Origin: a bacterium
Lineage (GTDB): Bacteria; SZUA-182; DTGQ01
NCBI GenBank assembly: GCA_023512255.1
Contig: JAILZY010000009.1
Coordinates: 4,011-68,010, forward strand
Length of the DNA: 64,000 nucleotides
Reading direction: 5' to 3'
Part shown: piece by piece, positions 30,249 to 40,159 of the stretch
Position numbering within the stretch: position 1 is the first letter of the stretch
How the letters are laid out: each line of letters begins with the position of its first letter
Notes under the pieces: generated by a model
Seen by the model: only the letters and a program-made list of their open reading frames with translations
What the model was told of the DNA's origin: nothing
The model's database searches: none
Program-made: the position numbers and the translations under genes

Positions 30249-30324
30249 AAAAAAATTAAAAAATCTGGCGAACATGAGATGGAATTCTCAGAGGGATCTA
30301 AAAATTCTAGTCAACCCCTTCGCA

Positions 30325-30764
30325 TCCTTACTGACATGGTTGGTTCATACTCGGCGATCTTGACCTGGCTGTCTTTCGCCCCTTGCTTGCTCCTTCGCTC
30401 CTGGCTTGGCTCCTGGCTTTGCTCTTTCGCTCCTGGCTTTGCTATTCGCTCTTTGACTTATGCGGTTTTGCTCGCCATTTCGGCGATCCTGTGGCCTGCT
30501 CGCGGACTTCGCTCTTTACTGATGTGGGTGGCCTGCTGGCGGACTTTACTCCTTACTGACATGGTTGGTTCATGCTCGGCGATCTTGACCTGGTGTCCTT
30601 CGCTCCTGGCTGTCTTTCGCCCCTGGCTTGCTCCTTCGCTCCTGGCTTGGCTCCTGGCTTTGCTCTTTCGCCCCTGGCTTGCTCCTTTGCTCCTGGCTTG
30701 GCTCCTGGCTTTGCTCTTTCGCTCCTGGCTTTGCTATTCGCTCTTTGACTTATGCGGTTTTGCT
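30325..30764. repeat. Nested tandem duplication (148-bp and 215-bp copies with internal gctcctggctt units)
   Basis: 30325-30472 and 30550-30764 both start tccttactgacatggttggttca and end gacttatgcggttttgct. Confidence 0.85.
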
Positions 30765-30975
30765 TTTCACCACTGAAAAGCGATCTGCTCTTCACCGGGA
30801 ACGCTTCATTTAACGTTTTGGTAAAAATATTTTTTTTCATTAAAAAAATAATATCTTATTATAAATATTGGAATAAAATCGAAAGCTAAGCCGAATAATC
30901 GAGCCCATATTTTTTACCAGCTATTCCGAATAAGCATCGTGAAAGGATTCCCCGAAAGATATTTGGACCAAAGCG

Positions 30976-31995
30976 ATGAAATTTCTAAAAGGGTATGGAA
31001 GAATTCTTGGTAAGGGCGCGATACCATTTATTGGCCTGACGGTTTTGGTACTTTTTATCATTCATATCTATGGTGCTCTGAGAATGCCTCTCTCCTTTGT
31101 CCCACCTGAGGGGAAGATTATTGAGATCAAAAAGGGGATGCCGATCAGCGAGATTTCTCTTCTTCTCAAGAAGGAGAAGATTATTCGTGAAGCTTGGCTT
31201 TTTAAACTGCTGACCAGGATAAAATATGGTACGCTGATCAAAGCTGGAGAATATCGGCTAACTCCGGCCATCAATCTACTCCAGCTTTTTGATATACTTC
31301 AGCATGGCAAATCGATCTGTCATCGGGTAACGATTCCGGAAGGATACACTATCCGGCAGATTGCGGCCATATTGGCTGATCATGGTTTGGCTGATCGGGA
31401 AAAATTTATTAAGGCGGCCAATGATCCCGCTTTGGCCAGAAAGCTAGGTATCCAGGCCGAGAGTCTAGAAGGGTATCTTTTTCCCGATACCTATTATTTT
31501 ACTAAGGGGGTGTCTGAAAAGGTGATCATTGAGGCTATGGTCTTGCGGTTTAACCAGATCATTCCCAAGGAGTGGAAAGTGCGCTCCCGTGAGATGGGAT
31601 TTGATTTCCATCAGATCGTTACCTTGGCCTCACTGATTGAGAAAGAGACTTCCCGGCTGGAAGAAAAACCGCTTATTTCGGCTGCCTATCACAATCGGCT
31701 GCGGGACGGGATGCGCTTGCAGTGTGATCCGACCGTGATCTACTCGCTGGCTAGCTTTAGCGGAAATCTGACCAAGGAGCACCTGTCGATTGATTCTCCT
31801 TATAATACCTATCGTGTCTATGGTCTGCCCCCTGGTCCGATTGCCAATCCGGGGAAAGACTCAATCCAGGCGGCCTTATATCCTGTCAAGATTGGCTATC
31901 GCTATTTTGTCTCAAAAAACGATGGGACACATCACTTCTCTTATACCTTGGAAGAACATAATCGAGCTGTAGAAAAATATCAAAAGCGGAGGTAG
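30976..31995 (+). CDS. mltG: Endolytic transglycosylase MltG
   Basis: [53 protein letters not shown]. Confidence 0.95.
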   Translation: MKFLKGYGRILGKGAIPFIGLTVLVLFIIHIYGALRMPLSFVPPEGKIIEIKKGMPISEISLLLKKEKIIREAWLFKLLTRIKYGTLIKAGEYRLTPAINLLQLFDILQHGKSICHRVTIPEGYTIRQIAAILADHGLADREKFIKAANDPALARKLGIQAESLEGYLFPDTYYFTKGVSEKVIIEAMVLRFNQIIPKEWKVRSREMGFDFHQIVTLASLIEKETSRLEEKPLISAAYHNRLRDGMRLQCDPTVIYSLASFSGNLTKEHLSIDSPYNTYRVYGLPPGPIANPGKDSIQAALYPVKIGYRYFVSKNDGTHHFSYTLEEHNRAVEKYQKRR

Positions 31996-31999
31996 TTTC

Positions 32000-32869
32000 A
32001 TGAAGTTACGAATTGGCATTCCGAAAGGGAGCTTACAGGAGGCGACCATTGCCCTGTTTCGAAAGGCGGGATATCATATTTCGGTAAGTCATAGATCATA
32101 TTATCCGCTCATCAATGATTATCAGATGGAAGCTATGCTTATCCGAGCCCAGGAGATGGCCATTTATGTTGAAAATGGGGTTCTGGATGCCGGTTTAACT
32201 GGCAAAGATTGGATTTTGGAGCAAGGCGCCGATGTACATGAGGTTGCCGAGTTGGTGTACGGCAAGGAGGGGCTAGCGCCGGTTAAATGGGTTTTGGCTG
32301 TGCCGAATGATTCCCCTATCCAGAGCGTCAAGGATCTTGAAGGCAAGAGAATCTCCACAGAGCTGGTCAATTTTACCAAAAATTATCTTCGGAAAGCAGG
32401 GGTCAGGGCTGAGGTTATGTTTTCCTGGGGAGCTACGGAGATCAAGGCGCCGACTCTGGCTGATGCCATTGTTGAGTTGACCGAGACCGGCAGCACGCTG
32501 CGGGCCAATAATCTTAGGATCGTAGAAACTTTGATGGAATCGACAACACGGCTGATTGCCAATAAAACTGCCTGGAAAAACAACTGGAAACGGGAGAAGA
32601 TTGAAAATCTAGCCTGCTTGCTGAAAGGATCGCTCCTGGCCGAAGAAAAGGTTGGCCTTAAGATGAACATTACTCAGAAAAACTTAGACCGCATTGTCGC
32701 TCTGCTGCCGGCCATGCACACCCCGACCATATCGCCTCTGGTGGACAAGGATTGGGTAGCCCTCGAAGTGGTCATTGATGAAAAGGTTGTGCGAGACATC
32801 ATCCCGGAGCTGAAAAAAGCGGGAGCTACTGGAATTGTGGAATATCCTTTAAACAAAGTGATCCCATAA
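32000..32869 (+). CDS. hisG: ATP phosphoribosyltransferase, long form
   Basis: [40 protein letters not shown]-terminal regulatory domain PTISPL. Confidence 0.95.
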   Translation: MKLRIGIPKGSLQEATIALFRKAGYHISVSHRSYYPLINDYQMEAMLIRAQEMAIYVENGVLDAGLTGKDWILEQGADVHEVAELVYGKEGLAPVKWVLAVPNDSPIQSVKDLEGKRISTELVNFTKNYLRKAGVRAEVMFSWGATEIKAPTLADAIVELTETGSTLRANNLRIVETLMESTTRLIANKTAWKNNWKREKIENLACLLKGSLLAEEKVGLKMNITQKNLDRIVALLPAMHTPTISPLVDKDWVALEVVIDEKVVRDIIPELKKAGATGIVEYPLNKVIP

Positions 32870-32883
32870 GATTAGTAAAAGCC

Positions 32884-34815
32884 ATGCGAGAGAAGATACT
32901 TATTGCTGAGAGCAATCCAAGATTTTTGGGGAAACTTTCGACCATTCTAATTCAAAATAATTACCAGGTCATTGCTGCCTCAAAACCAAATGAAATACTC
33001 GATCGTCTAAAGGAGGATTCTCCCGATCTTCTTATGTGGAGCTATTCTGTTCCCTGTTTGGATAATCCTGATCTGCTCAGAGAGATTCGCCAGAATCATG
33101 AGAATATATCTATTGTTTTTTTGGTCAATCAGGAAAATGAAGCTAGGCTAAGAGACCTCAGCGGCGATGGAGTGGATGACTATCTCGTTGAGCCATTTGA
33201 TGATTTACAGGTTCTGACCACGGTCAGCAATGCCCTGAAGTTTCGCCAGATCAAACTTCGGAACAAAATGATCTGTCAGGAATTGGTTAATGCCAACCAG
33301 AGGCTGTCCATCAAGACTCGGCAGTTTCAGGAACTGGTGGATTTCCACAACAGCATCCTGGAAAATATCAATGTTGGTATCTTTACCATCGACTCCCGAT
33401 TTAAGGTAACGAGCTGGAACAAAAAGATTCAGGAGTTGACCGGCATATGTCGCGAGGATGCGGTGGACAAAAATATTTTTTCCCTGATCCCGGTTTTACG
33501 TGAGGATAACCTCCATCAGCGGATATCTCAAGTTGTCCAGCATGGCGGGACCACCGAGCTTGGCCATATTTATAGTCTAAACCCGCAGGGTGAGCAGGTG
33601 TGCTGTGCCTATAAGATTTCACCCATCCGCAAGAGCGGAGAGATTCTGGGAGCAGTTTTCCTGGTGGATGATATTACTCAGAAGATCAATCTCCAGCAGG
33701 AGCTTAACAAAACTCAGCGGTACTTAAGTCACTTGGTGGAGAACTCCACCGATGCCATCATCAGCTTTGATCTGGACGGGGTAATCGTTACCTGGAACCA
33801 GGGAGCAGAGGCCATTTATGGATACTCTGATCGAGAAGCTATCGGTAGGAAGTGGGATATTCTTGTCCCTGCGCATCTCCATGATCAGGTAGCTCACCTT
33901 TTCAAATGGGTGAAAGAGAGTGGTTCGGTCAAAAACCTGGAACTTTCGATGATCAACCGCAAGGGGAAAGAAATTCCGGTTACTATGAGCCTGTCTCTGA
34001 TCAAGGATCCTCATGGTAACATCTTCGGCTTATCCTGTATTTCCAGGGATCAGTCTGAAAAGCGCGACCTTCAGAATCAGCTCATTCATACCCAGAAGAT
34101 GGCTTCACTTGGAAAGATGGCTGCTGGGATGGCTCATGACATTAATAATCCACTCTCTTCGATCCTTGCCTATGCCGAGCTGCTGGTCAATAAGACAGAG
34201 AAAATCGGTTTTACCGAGCTTACGGAACATCTGCTGCAGGTTGAAGAGGATGTGGGGCGGATCAGCAGTATGATCAGAAAAATGATCTGGTACTCCAAGC
34301 CTTCTCCTCCACAACTTGGCCAGGCTAATATAAACGAGCTCTTGGACAGAGCCGTAGAATTTGCCAATTTTCAAACCCCTCTGCGGGGCATCAAGGTGGT
34401 CCGCCAGTATGACCAGAACCTGCCAGAGACCTTAGTTGATGCCAAAGCACTGGTTCAGGCCTTTGTCAATCTCATTACCAATGCCGTAAAAGCTATGCCG
34501 AATAATGAGGGGACCTTGACGCTCACCACCTCTCATCGGACTAAAACGATCCACGGAGTTGATGAAATTCTGATCATGATCGCTGACACGGGCATTGGTA
34601 TTCCTGAAGAAAACCTTGGCAAGATATTTCAATACTGCTTCACCACTGGCGAGAGCACCGGTAAGGGAAACGGCCTTGGGCTCTATGTGGTCAGGGCCAT
34701 TGTTGAAGAAAGTGGCGGTAAGATCAGTGTCCAAAGTAAGGTACATGAAGGGACTACCTTTACCATAACCCTGCCCATAAAGACTGATGTTAAACCTAAT
34801 CCCTTTCTTCAATAG
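32884..34815 (+). CDS. Cytoplasmic sensor kinase (degenerate REC, PAS, PAS, HisKA, HATPase)
   Basis: H-box MAHDINNPL, N-box NLITNA, DTGIGI, GNGLGL; two PAS domains (WNKKI.., WNQGAEAIYGYS). Confidence 0.9.
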   Translation: MREKILIAESNPRFLGKLSTILIQNNYQVIAASKPNEILDRLKEDSPDLLMWSYSVPCLDNPDLLREIRQNHENISIVFLVNQENEARLRDLSGDGVDDYLVEPFDDLQVLTTVSNALKFRQIKLRNKMICQELVNANQRLSIKTRQFQELVDFHNSILENINVGIFTIDSRFKVTSWNKKIQELTGICREDAVDKNIFSLIPVLREDNLHQRISQVVQHGGTTELGHIYSLNPQGEQVCCAYKISPIRKSGEILGAVFLVDDITQKINLQQELNKTQRYLSHLVENSTDAIISFDLDGVIVTWNQGAEAIYGYSDREAIGRKWDILVPAHLHDQVAHLFKWVKESGSVKNLELSMINRKGKEIPVTMSLSLIKDPHGNIFGLSCISRDQSEKRDLQNQLIHTQKMASLGKMAAGMAHDINNPLSSILAYAELLVNKTEKIGFTELTEHLLQVEEDVGRISSMIRKMIWYSKPSPPQLGQANINELLDRAVEFANFQTPLRGIKVVRQYDQNLPETLVDAKALVQAFVNLITNAVKAMPNNEGTLTLTTSHRTKTIHGVDEILIMIADTGIGIPEENLGKIFQYCFTTGESTGKGNGLGLYVVRAIVEESGGKISVQSKVHEGTTFTITLPIKTDVKPNPFLQ

Positions 34816-34978
34816 TCGCTTTGTTAGCCGAGGGGGCAGTGGGAAAGAGCAGTAACTATAAACCATGCGGCTACCACAGAGAGCACAGGGCCAGAGGCAA
34901 ATCTGGCCACTGCCAGATGAGAAGAGACAAAAATCGAGTATAAATTATCGAGTATAAATTTTTGAGGATACCTGCTAT

Positions 34979-36145
34979 ATGAAGATAACCATTGCTGAGA
35001 GGCTGAATCAGCTTCCCCCTTATCTTTTTGCCAAAATTGATGCTTTAAAAGCTCAAGCTATAAGAGATGGAGTAGATATTATTGATCTTGGAATTGGAGA
35101 CCCTGACCAGCCGACCCCTCTCCGTATTAGGGAGAGGATGAGAGAGGCGGTTGAGGATAGAGCTAATCATCGCTATCCATCTTATCAGGGTCTGCGTGAA
35201 TTCAGAGAGGCTGTAGCTAGGTGGTATCAGAGGAGATTCGGCGTTAATCTTGATCCTGAAACCGAAGTGCTCTCACTGATTGGGTCCAAGGAAGGCATTG
35301 CCCATATTCCGTTAGCTTTTCTCAATCCTGGCGATATTTGCCTTGTCCCTGACCCCGGCTATCCTGTCTATCAGGCCGGAACTACCCTGGCTGGCGGTCT
35401 GGTTCATCGACTCCCCCTTTTGCCAGAGAAGCGGTTTCTCCCTGATTTAGCCCAAATCTCTGACCCTGCAGTACTGTCAAAGGCTAGGCTGCTATTCATT
35501 AACTATCCAAACAATCCTACCGCAGCCACGGCAGAGCCTGAGTTTTTCCGCCAGGTAGTTGACTTTGCCCGAGAACACAATATCATTGTCTGCCATGACA
35601 ATGCTTATTCAGAAATTACTTTCGATGGCTATCAGGCTCCAAGCTTCCTTCAGATAGAGGGAGCCAAGGAGGTAGGAGTTGAGTTTCATTCTCTCTCTAA
35701 GACTTATAACATGACTGGATGGCGGATCGGTTTTGTTGTTGGTAACGCTGAGATCATTGCTGCCTTGGGCAAGGTTAAAACTAATATCGATTCGGGCATC
35801 TTTCAGGCGGTCCAGAGGGCTGGTATCGAAGCCTTGAATATGGATCAGGAATGTGTCCGCGAAATGTGTAGACTCTATCAGGACCGTCGCGATGTCCTCT
35901 GCCAGGGGCTTGAATCTCTTGGGCTTAGGGTAGAAAGACCAAAAGCGACTTTTTATCTTTGGATTAAGGTCCCAGACGGGATTACCTCGGAAGCCTTTAC
36001 CCTGCGGCTTCTCAGGGAGGCTGGGATTATCTGCACCCCAGGCACTGGATTTGGCGCCTGGGGAGAGGGATTTATCCGCATGGCTTTGACTATCCCCAAA
36101 GAGAGAATGGCCGAGGCTGTAGACCGGATCAGAAAGATTCTGTGA
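34979..36145 (+). CDS. dapL: LL-diaminopimelate aminotransferase
   Basis: LPPYLFAKID, DLGIGDPD, GSKEGIAH, NYPNNPT, SLSKTYNMTGWRIG. Confidence 0.85.
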   Translation: MKITIAERLNQLPPYLFAKIDALKAQAIRDGVDIIDLGIGDPDQPTPLRIRERMREAVEDRANHRYPSYQGLREFREAVARWYQRRFGVNLDPETEVLSLIGSKEGIAHIPLAFLNPGDICLVPDPGYPVYQAGTTLAGGLVHRLPLLPEKRFLPDLAQISDPAVLSKARLLFINYPNNPTAATAEPEFFRQVVDFAREHNIIVCHDNAYSEITFDGYQAPSFLQIEGAKEVGVEFHSLSKTYNMTGWRIGFVVGNAEIIAALGKVKTNIDSGIFQAVQRAGIEALNMDQECVREMCRLYQDRRDVLCQGLESLGLRVERPKATFYLWIKVPDGITSEAFTLRLLREAGIICTPGTGFGAWGEGFIRMALTIPKERMAEAVDRIRKIL

Positions 36146-36223
36146 AAATATTCCGCGAGTAGTTTTAGGCGCCTTAAAAAGAGACTACTTTAACCTTTTG
36201 AGTAAAGCCGTGGAGTAAAACTT

Positions 36224-36727
36224 ATGGCCACAGAAGCTTATCTGGGGCTTGGATCAAATCTCGGCTCCCGGATTCTAAACTGCTATCGGGCCATCTATCA
36301 ACTTCATCATTCAGGCTCTGTGGCTTTGGTTGAGCGATCCTCGTTCTATGAAACCGAACCCTATGGGTATGAGGAGCAGAACAGGTTCATCAACCTGGTT
36401 CTGAAAATCAGAACCGATCTCTCCCCGCAGGCATTGCTCTGCCTGACTCAAAGTGTGGAAAAAAGCTTGGGCAGGGAGGTAAGTTTCAGGTGGGGGCCAA
36501 GGGTTATTGATATTGACCTTCTCCTTTTTGGAGATGAGCAGATAGAGGAAGAAGGTCTGGTTATTCCTCATCCTCAGCTGCACCTTCGCCGGTTTGTTCT
36601 CTATCCCCTGGCTGAGATCGCCCCAGATCTTAGACATCCAGCGCTTGGTAAAACCATAAGCGAGCTTCTCCAAACCTGTCCAGACCGAAAGGAGGTTAGA
36701 AACCTTGAGCCTAGAGGAAAGCGCTAA
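36224..36727 (+). CDS. folK: 2-amino-4-hydroxy-6-hydroxymethyldihydropteridine diphosphokinase
   Basis: YLGLGSNLG, YETEP, RWGPRVIDIDLL, IPHP...R.FVL.PL.EI. Confidence 0.95.
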   Translation: MATEAYLGLGSNLGSRILNCYRAIYQLHHSGSVALVERSSFYETEPYGYEEQNRFINLVLKIRTDLSPQALLCLTQSVEKSLGREVSFRWGPRVIDIDLLLFGDEQIEEEGLVIPHPQLHLRRFVLYPLAEIAPDLRHPALGKTISELLQTCPDRKEVRNLEPRGKR

Positions 36728-36728
36728 G
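36676..36728 (+). repeat. 53-bp direct repeat, left copy (folK 3' end)
   Basis: Matches 37733-37785 with one mismatch. Confidence 0.9.
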
Positions 36729-36773
36729 CGGAGGTAAAGCCACCTTTTGGGGAAGTTTTGCATGTGCTCTCTC

Positions 36774-36802
36774 TTGCGATACAGTATAAAATAGTATAGA
36801 AT
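36774..36802 (+). promoter_or_regulatory. Sigma70-type promoter of the inserted cassette
   Basis: TTGCGA-17 nt-TAGAAT, 30 nt before the 36833 start. Confidence 0.5.
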
Positions 36803-36832
36803 CGATAAATAAGAGGAACGAGTAAGGTCGCT

Positions 36833-37435
36833 ATGGATTTGGTATCAAATGGAATTATAATTGTACTTAAATATCTTCTCCCTGGTTTTGTATCTGCATG
36901 GATTTTTTATGGCCTTACTGCCTGGCAAAAGCCACCTGAATTTGAACGAGTAATTCAAGCTTTTATTTTCAACATGTTTGTTCAGGTTCTGGTCATCTTT
37001 ACTTCCTGGACATTTTTTCTATTTGGCAAATATGTCCATAGTTTTGGCTCTTGGACAGCAAATGTTTCTTTATTTTGGTCTCTCATAGTTGCAATTCTTT
37101 TTGGTTTGGCGGTTTCATATTTTGCTAATAATGATACGATACACGCTTTTTTAAGAAGAAAAAATATTACCCAGCAGACATCGTATCCTTCCGAGTGGTT
37201 CGGAGCGTTTCGACAGAATAAAACTTACGTTGTCTTGAACCTCAAGGGCGAACGGAGGCTTTATGGTTGACCCTTGGAGTGGCCAGCTCAGCCGCATAAT
37301 GGCTATTTTTCAATTATGGAAGCAGAATGGTTAGATGGAGAAAAAAGAATACCGTTGGAAAATGTTACCAACATTCTTGTTCCAGCAAGTGAGGTAGTAT
37401 TTGTTGAATTTGTAGCCTCAAAAGATGATCATTAG
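36833..37435 (+). pseudogene. DUF6338-like membrane protein interrupted by one in-frame TGA
   Basis: LLPGF..TM helices..PSEW..YG*PLEWP; frame continues 54 codons past TGA 37268-37270 to TAG 37435, ending ILVPASEVVFVEF. Confidence 0.7.
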
Positions 37436-37471
37436 AAGCCTATCTTTTGAGAAATGGATAAGGGTAAAAAA

Positions 37472-37618
37472 ATGGGCCGTAAAGAACCGCAACCACCGCC
37501 TGGTAAACCTATACCATATTCCGATTACGGACGGAAGGAAATTATAAGAGAAGGTATTACCCCCAAAGCGATGAATATTGTCAAGCCGCCGCCGCCACCG
37601 CCACCGCCGAAGCGATAA
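37472..37618 (+). CDS. Small proline-rich protein (48 aa), missed by the ORF track
   Basis: MGRKEPQPPPGKPIPYSDYGRKEIIREGITPKAMNIVKPPPPPPPPKR; alternative in-frame ATG at 37454. Confidence 0.55.
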   Translation: MGRKEPQPPPGKPIPYSDYGRKEIIREGITPKAMNIVKPPPPPPPPKR

Positions 37619-37732
37619 GACGGCAAGCTGAGATCAAGGTGGATATAAGTCTTTACTTGTAGACCTGCCTAGTTGCAGCCAGGCTTGTCTGGTGCAGAGC
37701 TAGGCAGATAGGAAGTTCATCCACAATCACAT

Positions 37733-37785
37733 CTGTCCCGACCGAAAGGAGGTTAGAAACCTTGAGCCTAGAGGAAAGCGCTAAG
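37733..37785 (+). repeat. 53-bp direct repeat, right copy (panB RBS and start)
   Basis: Contains AAGGAGG and TTG start of panB; matches 36676-36728. Confidence 0.9.
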
Positions 37786-38580
37786 GTAACCATCCCCGGC
37801 TTAAAGCAGATGAAGCAGGATGGGCGGAAGATCACCATGCTCACCGCCTATGACTATCCGACGGCTGTCTTGCTGGACAAAGCTGGGATAGATATTCTGC
37901 TGGTAGGAGATTCCCTTGGCATGGTGGTGCTTGGTTATGAAAATACTCTGCCTGTAACCATGGACGAGATGCTCCATCATACCAAAGCAGTGAAGAGAGG
38001 CTGCAAGCGAGGGCTGATTGTGGGTGATATGCCCTTTTTGTCCTTCAATGTGGATAGCACCCAGACCATTGAAAATGCAGGCCGATTTATCAAAGAAGGA
38101 GGTGCTGAGGCGGTCAAGCTAGAAGGGGCCACAGAGCCTGTCTTGCGAACTATCCGGTGTCTAGTGGAAGCAGGCATTGCGGTCATGGGGCATATCGGCT
38201 TGACCCCGCAACTGGTGCACCAGATGGGCGGGTTCAAGGTTCAAGGAAGAGAAAAGGAGAGCGCTGAGCTTCTGATCGAGGGAGCTGGAAAACTCGAAGA
38301 TGCAGGCGCTTTCGCCCTGGTCCTTGAGGGAATCCCGGCAGACCTTGCCCGAATCATTACCCAAAAGCTCTCTATTCCTACGATAGGTATTGGAGCCGGG
38401 CCGCACTGCGACGGTCAGGTCCTGGTTACCCATGATCTGCTTGGGCTCTCAGGTGCTCCAAAGCCAAAATTCGTCAAGCAGTACGCTTCCCTGCACCCCT
38501 TGATTCTATCAGCCCTTAGCTCTTTTCGCCAGGAGGTGCTGGAGGGGAAATTCCCCACCGATGAGTATAGCTACCACTGA
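37762..38580 (+). CDS. panB: 3-methyl-2-oxobutanoate hydroxymethyltransferase
   Basis: MLTAYD, LVGDSLG, GDMPF, AVKLEG, GHIGLTPQ, TIGIGAG..CDGQVLV.HD. Confidence 0.96.
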   Translation: MSLEESAKVTIPGLKQMKQDGRKITMLTAYDYPTAVLLDKAGIDILLVGDSLGMVVLGYENTLPVTMDEMLHHTKAVKRGCKRGLIVGDMPFLSFNVDSTQTIENAGRFIKEGGAEAVKLEGATEPVLRTIRCLVEAGIAVMGHIGLTPQLVHQMGGFKVQGREKESAELLIEGAGKLEDAGAFALVLEGIPADLARIITQKLSIPTIGIGAGPHCDGQVLVTHDLLGLSGAPKPKFVKQYASLHPLILSALSSFRQEVLEGKFPTDEYSYH

Positions 38581-38667
38581 TTAAGTAATTCGCCTCATGT
38601 CTATCATTCGTGAACACCGACTATCACTCGTGAACACTGAAATCACAATAATCTTATATCTTCTACA

Positions 38668-38762
38668 CTTTTGCAGAAATTTCTTATCGCCTTGAAATCC
38701 TTGAAAGTTACCTCTAATAGCAAATCCAGTAAAATCAAGGCGTTGGAGAAAAAGTGCAAAAG
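38668..38762. repeat. Imperfect foldback intergenic element
   Basis: cttttgca..tgcaaaag outer arms and cgccttga..tcaaggcg inner arms; 22-bp segment 38689-38710 recurs at 60110-60131. Confidence 0.55.
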
Positions 38763-38778
38763 CATAAATATCTTGATT

Positions 38779-38920
38779 CGCTTTATATATCAGATACCAT
38801 AAACCCTATATCAGAACAACCATAAAATATCAGAACAACCATAAATCCTCGAAGGGGCTTAGAAGGGGCTTAGCTCTTATTAGGGTTATGTCTCTCAATG
38901 GTAGCTAATAAATAAGAGCG
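38779..38920. mobile_element. MITE, copy 2 (inverted relative to copy 1, 8-bp TSD)
   Basis: Reverse-complement homolog of 22071-22183; flanked by TCTTGATT at 38771-38778 and 38921-38928; two internal tandem duplications. Confidence 0.85.
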
Positions 38921-39012
38921 TCTTGATTTCCGCTTTCGCTCAAGAATGATGGCATATTGAAATTACTCGACTTTTCACTAGACCTTATCGTAATCACATC
39001 ACAGACACCGCC

Positions 39013-39142
39013 ACTTTTTTCTCATCACGCGTATCCTCATAACGTGTATGAGGAATAGCCATACACGTGGCCTATTGGCTCGTCAAGGCTACACTTTTCC
39101 CTCATCACGTGGGACAAGTCAACACTCTTTCCTCATCATGTG
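39013..39142 (+). repeat. Three copies of an act(t/c)tt..ctcatca(c/t)g(c/t)g motif upstream of the acyltransferase
   Basis: Copies near 39013, 39094 and 39124. Confidence 0.55.
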
Positions 39143-39274
39143 GAGAGGAATAGATACACTCACCGAATTTCTCATATACAAATAAATTATAAATTTATCC
39201 GATTATGTATATTGTTTTGATATTCATAAGCATATATCTAAACTTTAAACTTTATATCTAATGGTCTTCTCAGG

Positions 39275-40075
39275 GTGGGGGAAAATACCAAACCGTTTGC
39301 AGCGACTACAGGCAGGATAAGGGCATGTCTTTGGCTGATAAGTCAGAGAGTGGGGCTTATTATCCAACAACTAAAATTTTCTGTTTCCCATCCCTGTCTG
39401 GCCTGGTACGAGATTGTCGACGATTTTCTATATCCGACCTGGATAGGCCGCAAGAGAGGGCTATTTATGGAGGGAAAAGTGATCCTTAGGGGATTGCCCA
39501 TTATAGATATAACCCAGGGGGCATCGATCAGTATCGGCAAGAATGTAATGCTTAACTCCCGCAACAGAGGATACCATATCAATCTTCATTCGCCGGTGAA
39601 ACTCTTTGCTGACAGGCCTGGAGCTGAAATTACCATTGGGGAAAATACCAGGATTCACGGAACCTGCATTCATGCCCACCGCAGAATCAGCATTGGCCGA
39701 GGATGTTTGATAGCGGCCAATAGTCAGATTTTCGATGCCAGTGGACATGAACTTTCTTTTCCCCAGGTCGAAAACAGGATTCATACAACTGGCCAAGCCA
39801 AACCAATTACCATTGAAGATAATGTCTGGATTGGGGCAAACTGCCTTATTCTGCCGGGCGTGCATATTGGCCGCGGAAGTGTAATCGCGGCCGGGAGCGT
39901 CGTGGTGAAAAGTGTACCACCTATGGTGATTGCGGGTGGTAATCCGGCCCGAGTGGTCAGGAGCTATTCTGGCCAAGCTAATCCTGTCCATCTGTCTGGA
40001 GCCCCCGGCCCGGGTGATCAGGAGATATTCAGCCATGCGGATTCAAATCATTTAAACCCAAAGCAATTCTCATAG
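39275..40075 (+). CDS. Left-handed beta-helix acyltransferase (sugar O-acetyltransferase family)
   Basis: Hexapeptide repeats, PITIEDNVWIGANCLILPGVHIGRGSVIAAGSVV, GGNPARVV; start uncertain. Confidence 0.85.
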   Translation: MGENTKPFAATTGRIRACLWLISQRVGLIIQQLKFSVSHPCLAWYEIVDDFLYPTWIGRKRGLFMEGKVILRGLPIIDITQGASISIGKNVMLNSRNRGYHINLHSPVKLFADRPGAEITIGENTRIHGTCIHAHRRISIGRGCLIAANSQIFDASGHELSFPQVENRIHTTGQAKPITIEDNVWIGANCLILPGVHIGRGSVIAAGSVVVKSVPPMVIAGGNPARVVRSYSGQANPVHLSGAPGPGDQEIFSHADSNHLNPKQFS

Positions 40076-40159
40076 GTCGCAGGGTTAGGTTTTGGGAGAA
40101 AATGGAAGCTTTGGAGGACCTTTTTTGAGGATAATGACAGCCAGGAGGGGAGAAGATTT

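Noticed and set aside
37268-37270. TGA read as Trp (alternative genetic code) or as selenocysteine
   Set aside because: Core genes such as dapL and panB end at TGA at expected lengths and Trp is encoded by TGG elsewhere; the context implies Trp rather than Cys, so a nonsense mutation is simpler
36729-37732. Integron gene cassette
   Set aside because: No convincing attC (RYYYAAC..GTTRRRY palindrome) and the flanking repeat is 53 bp of host gene sequence
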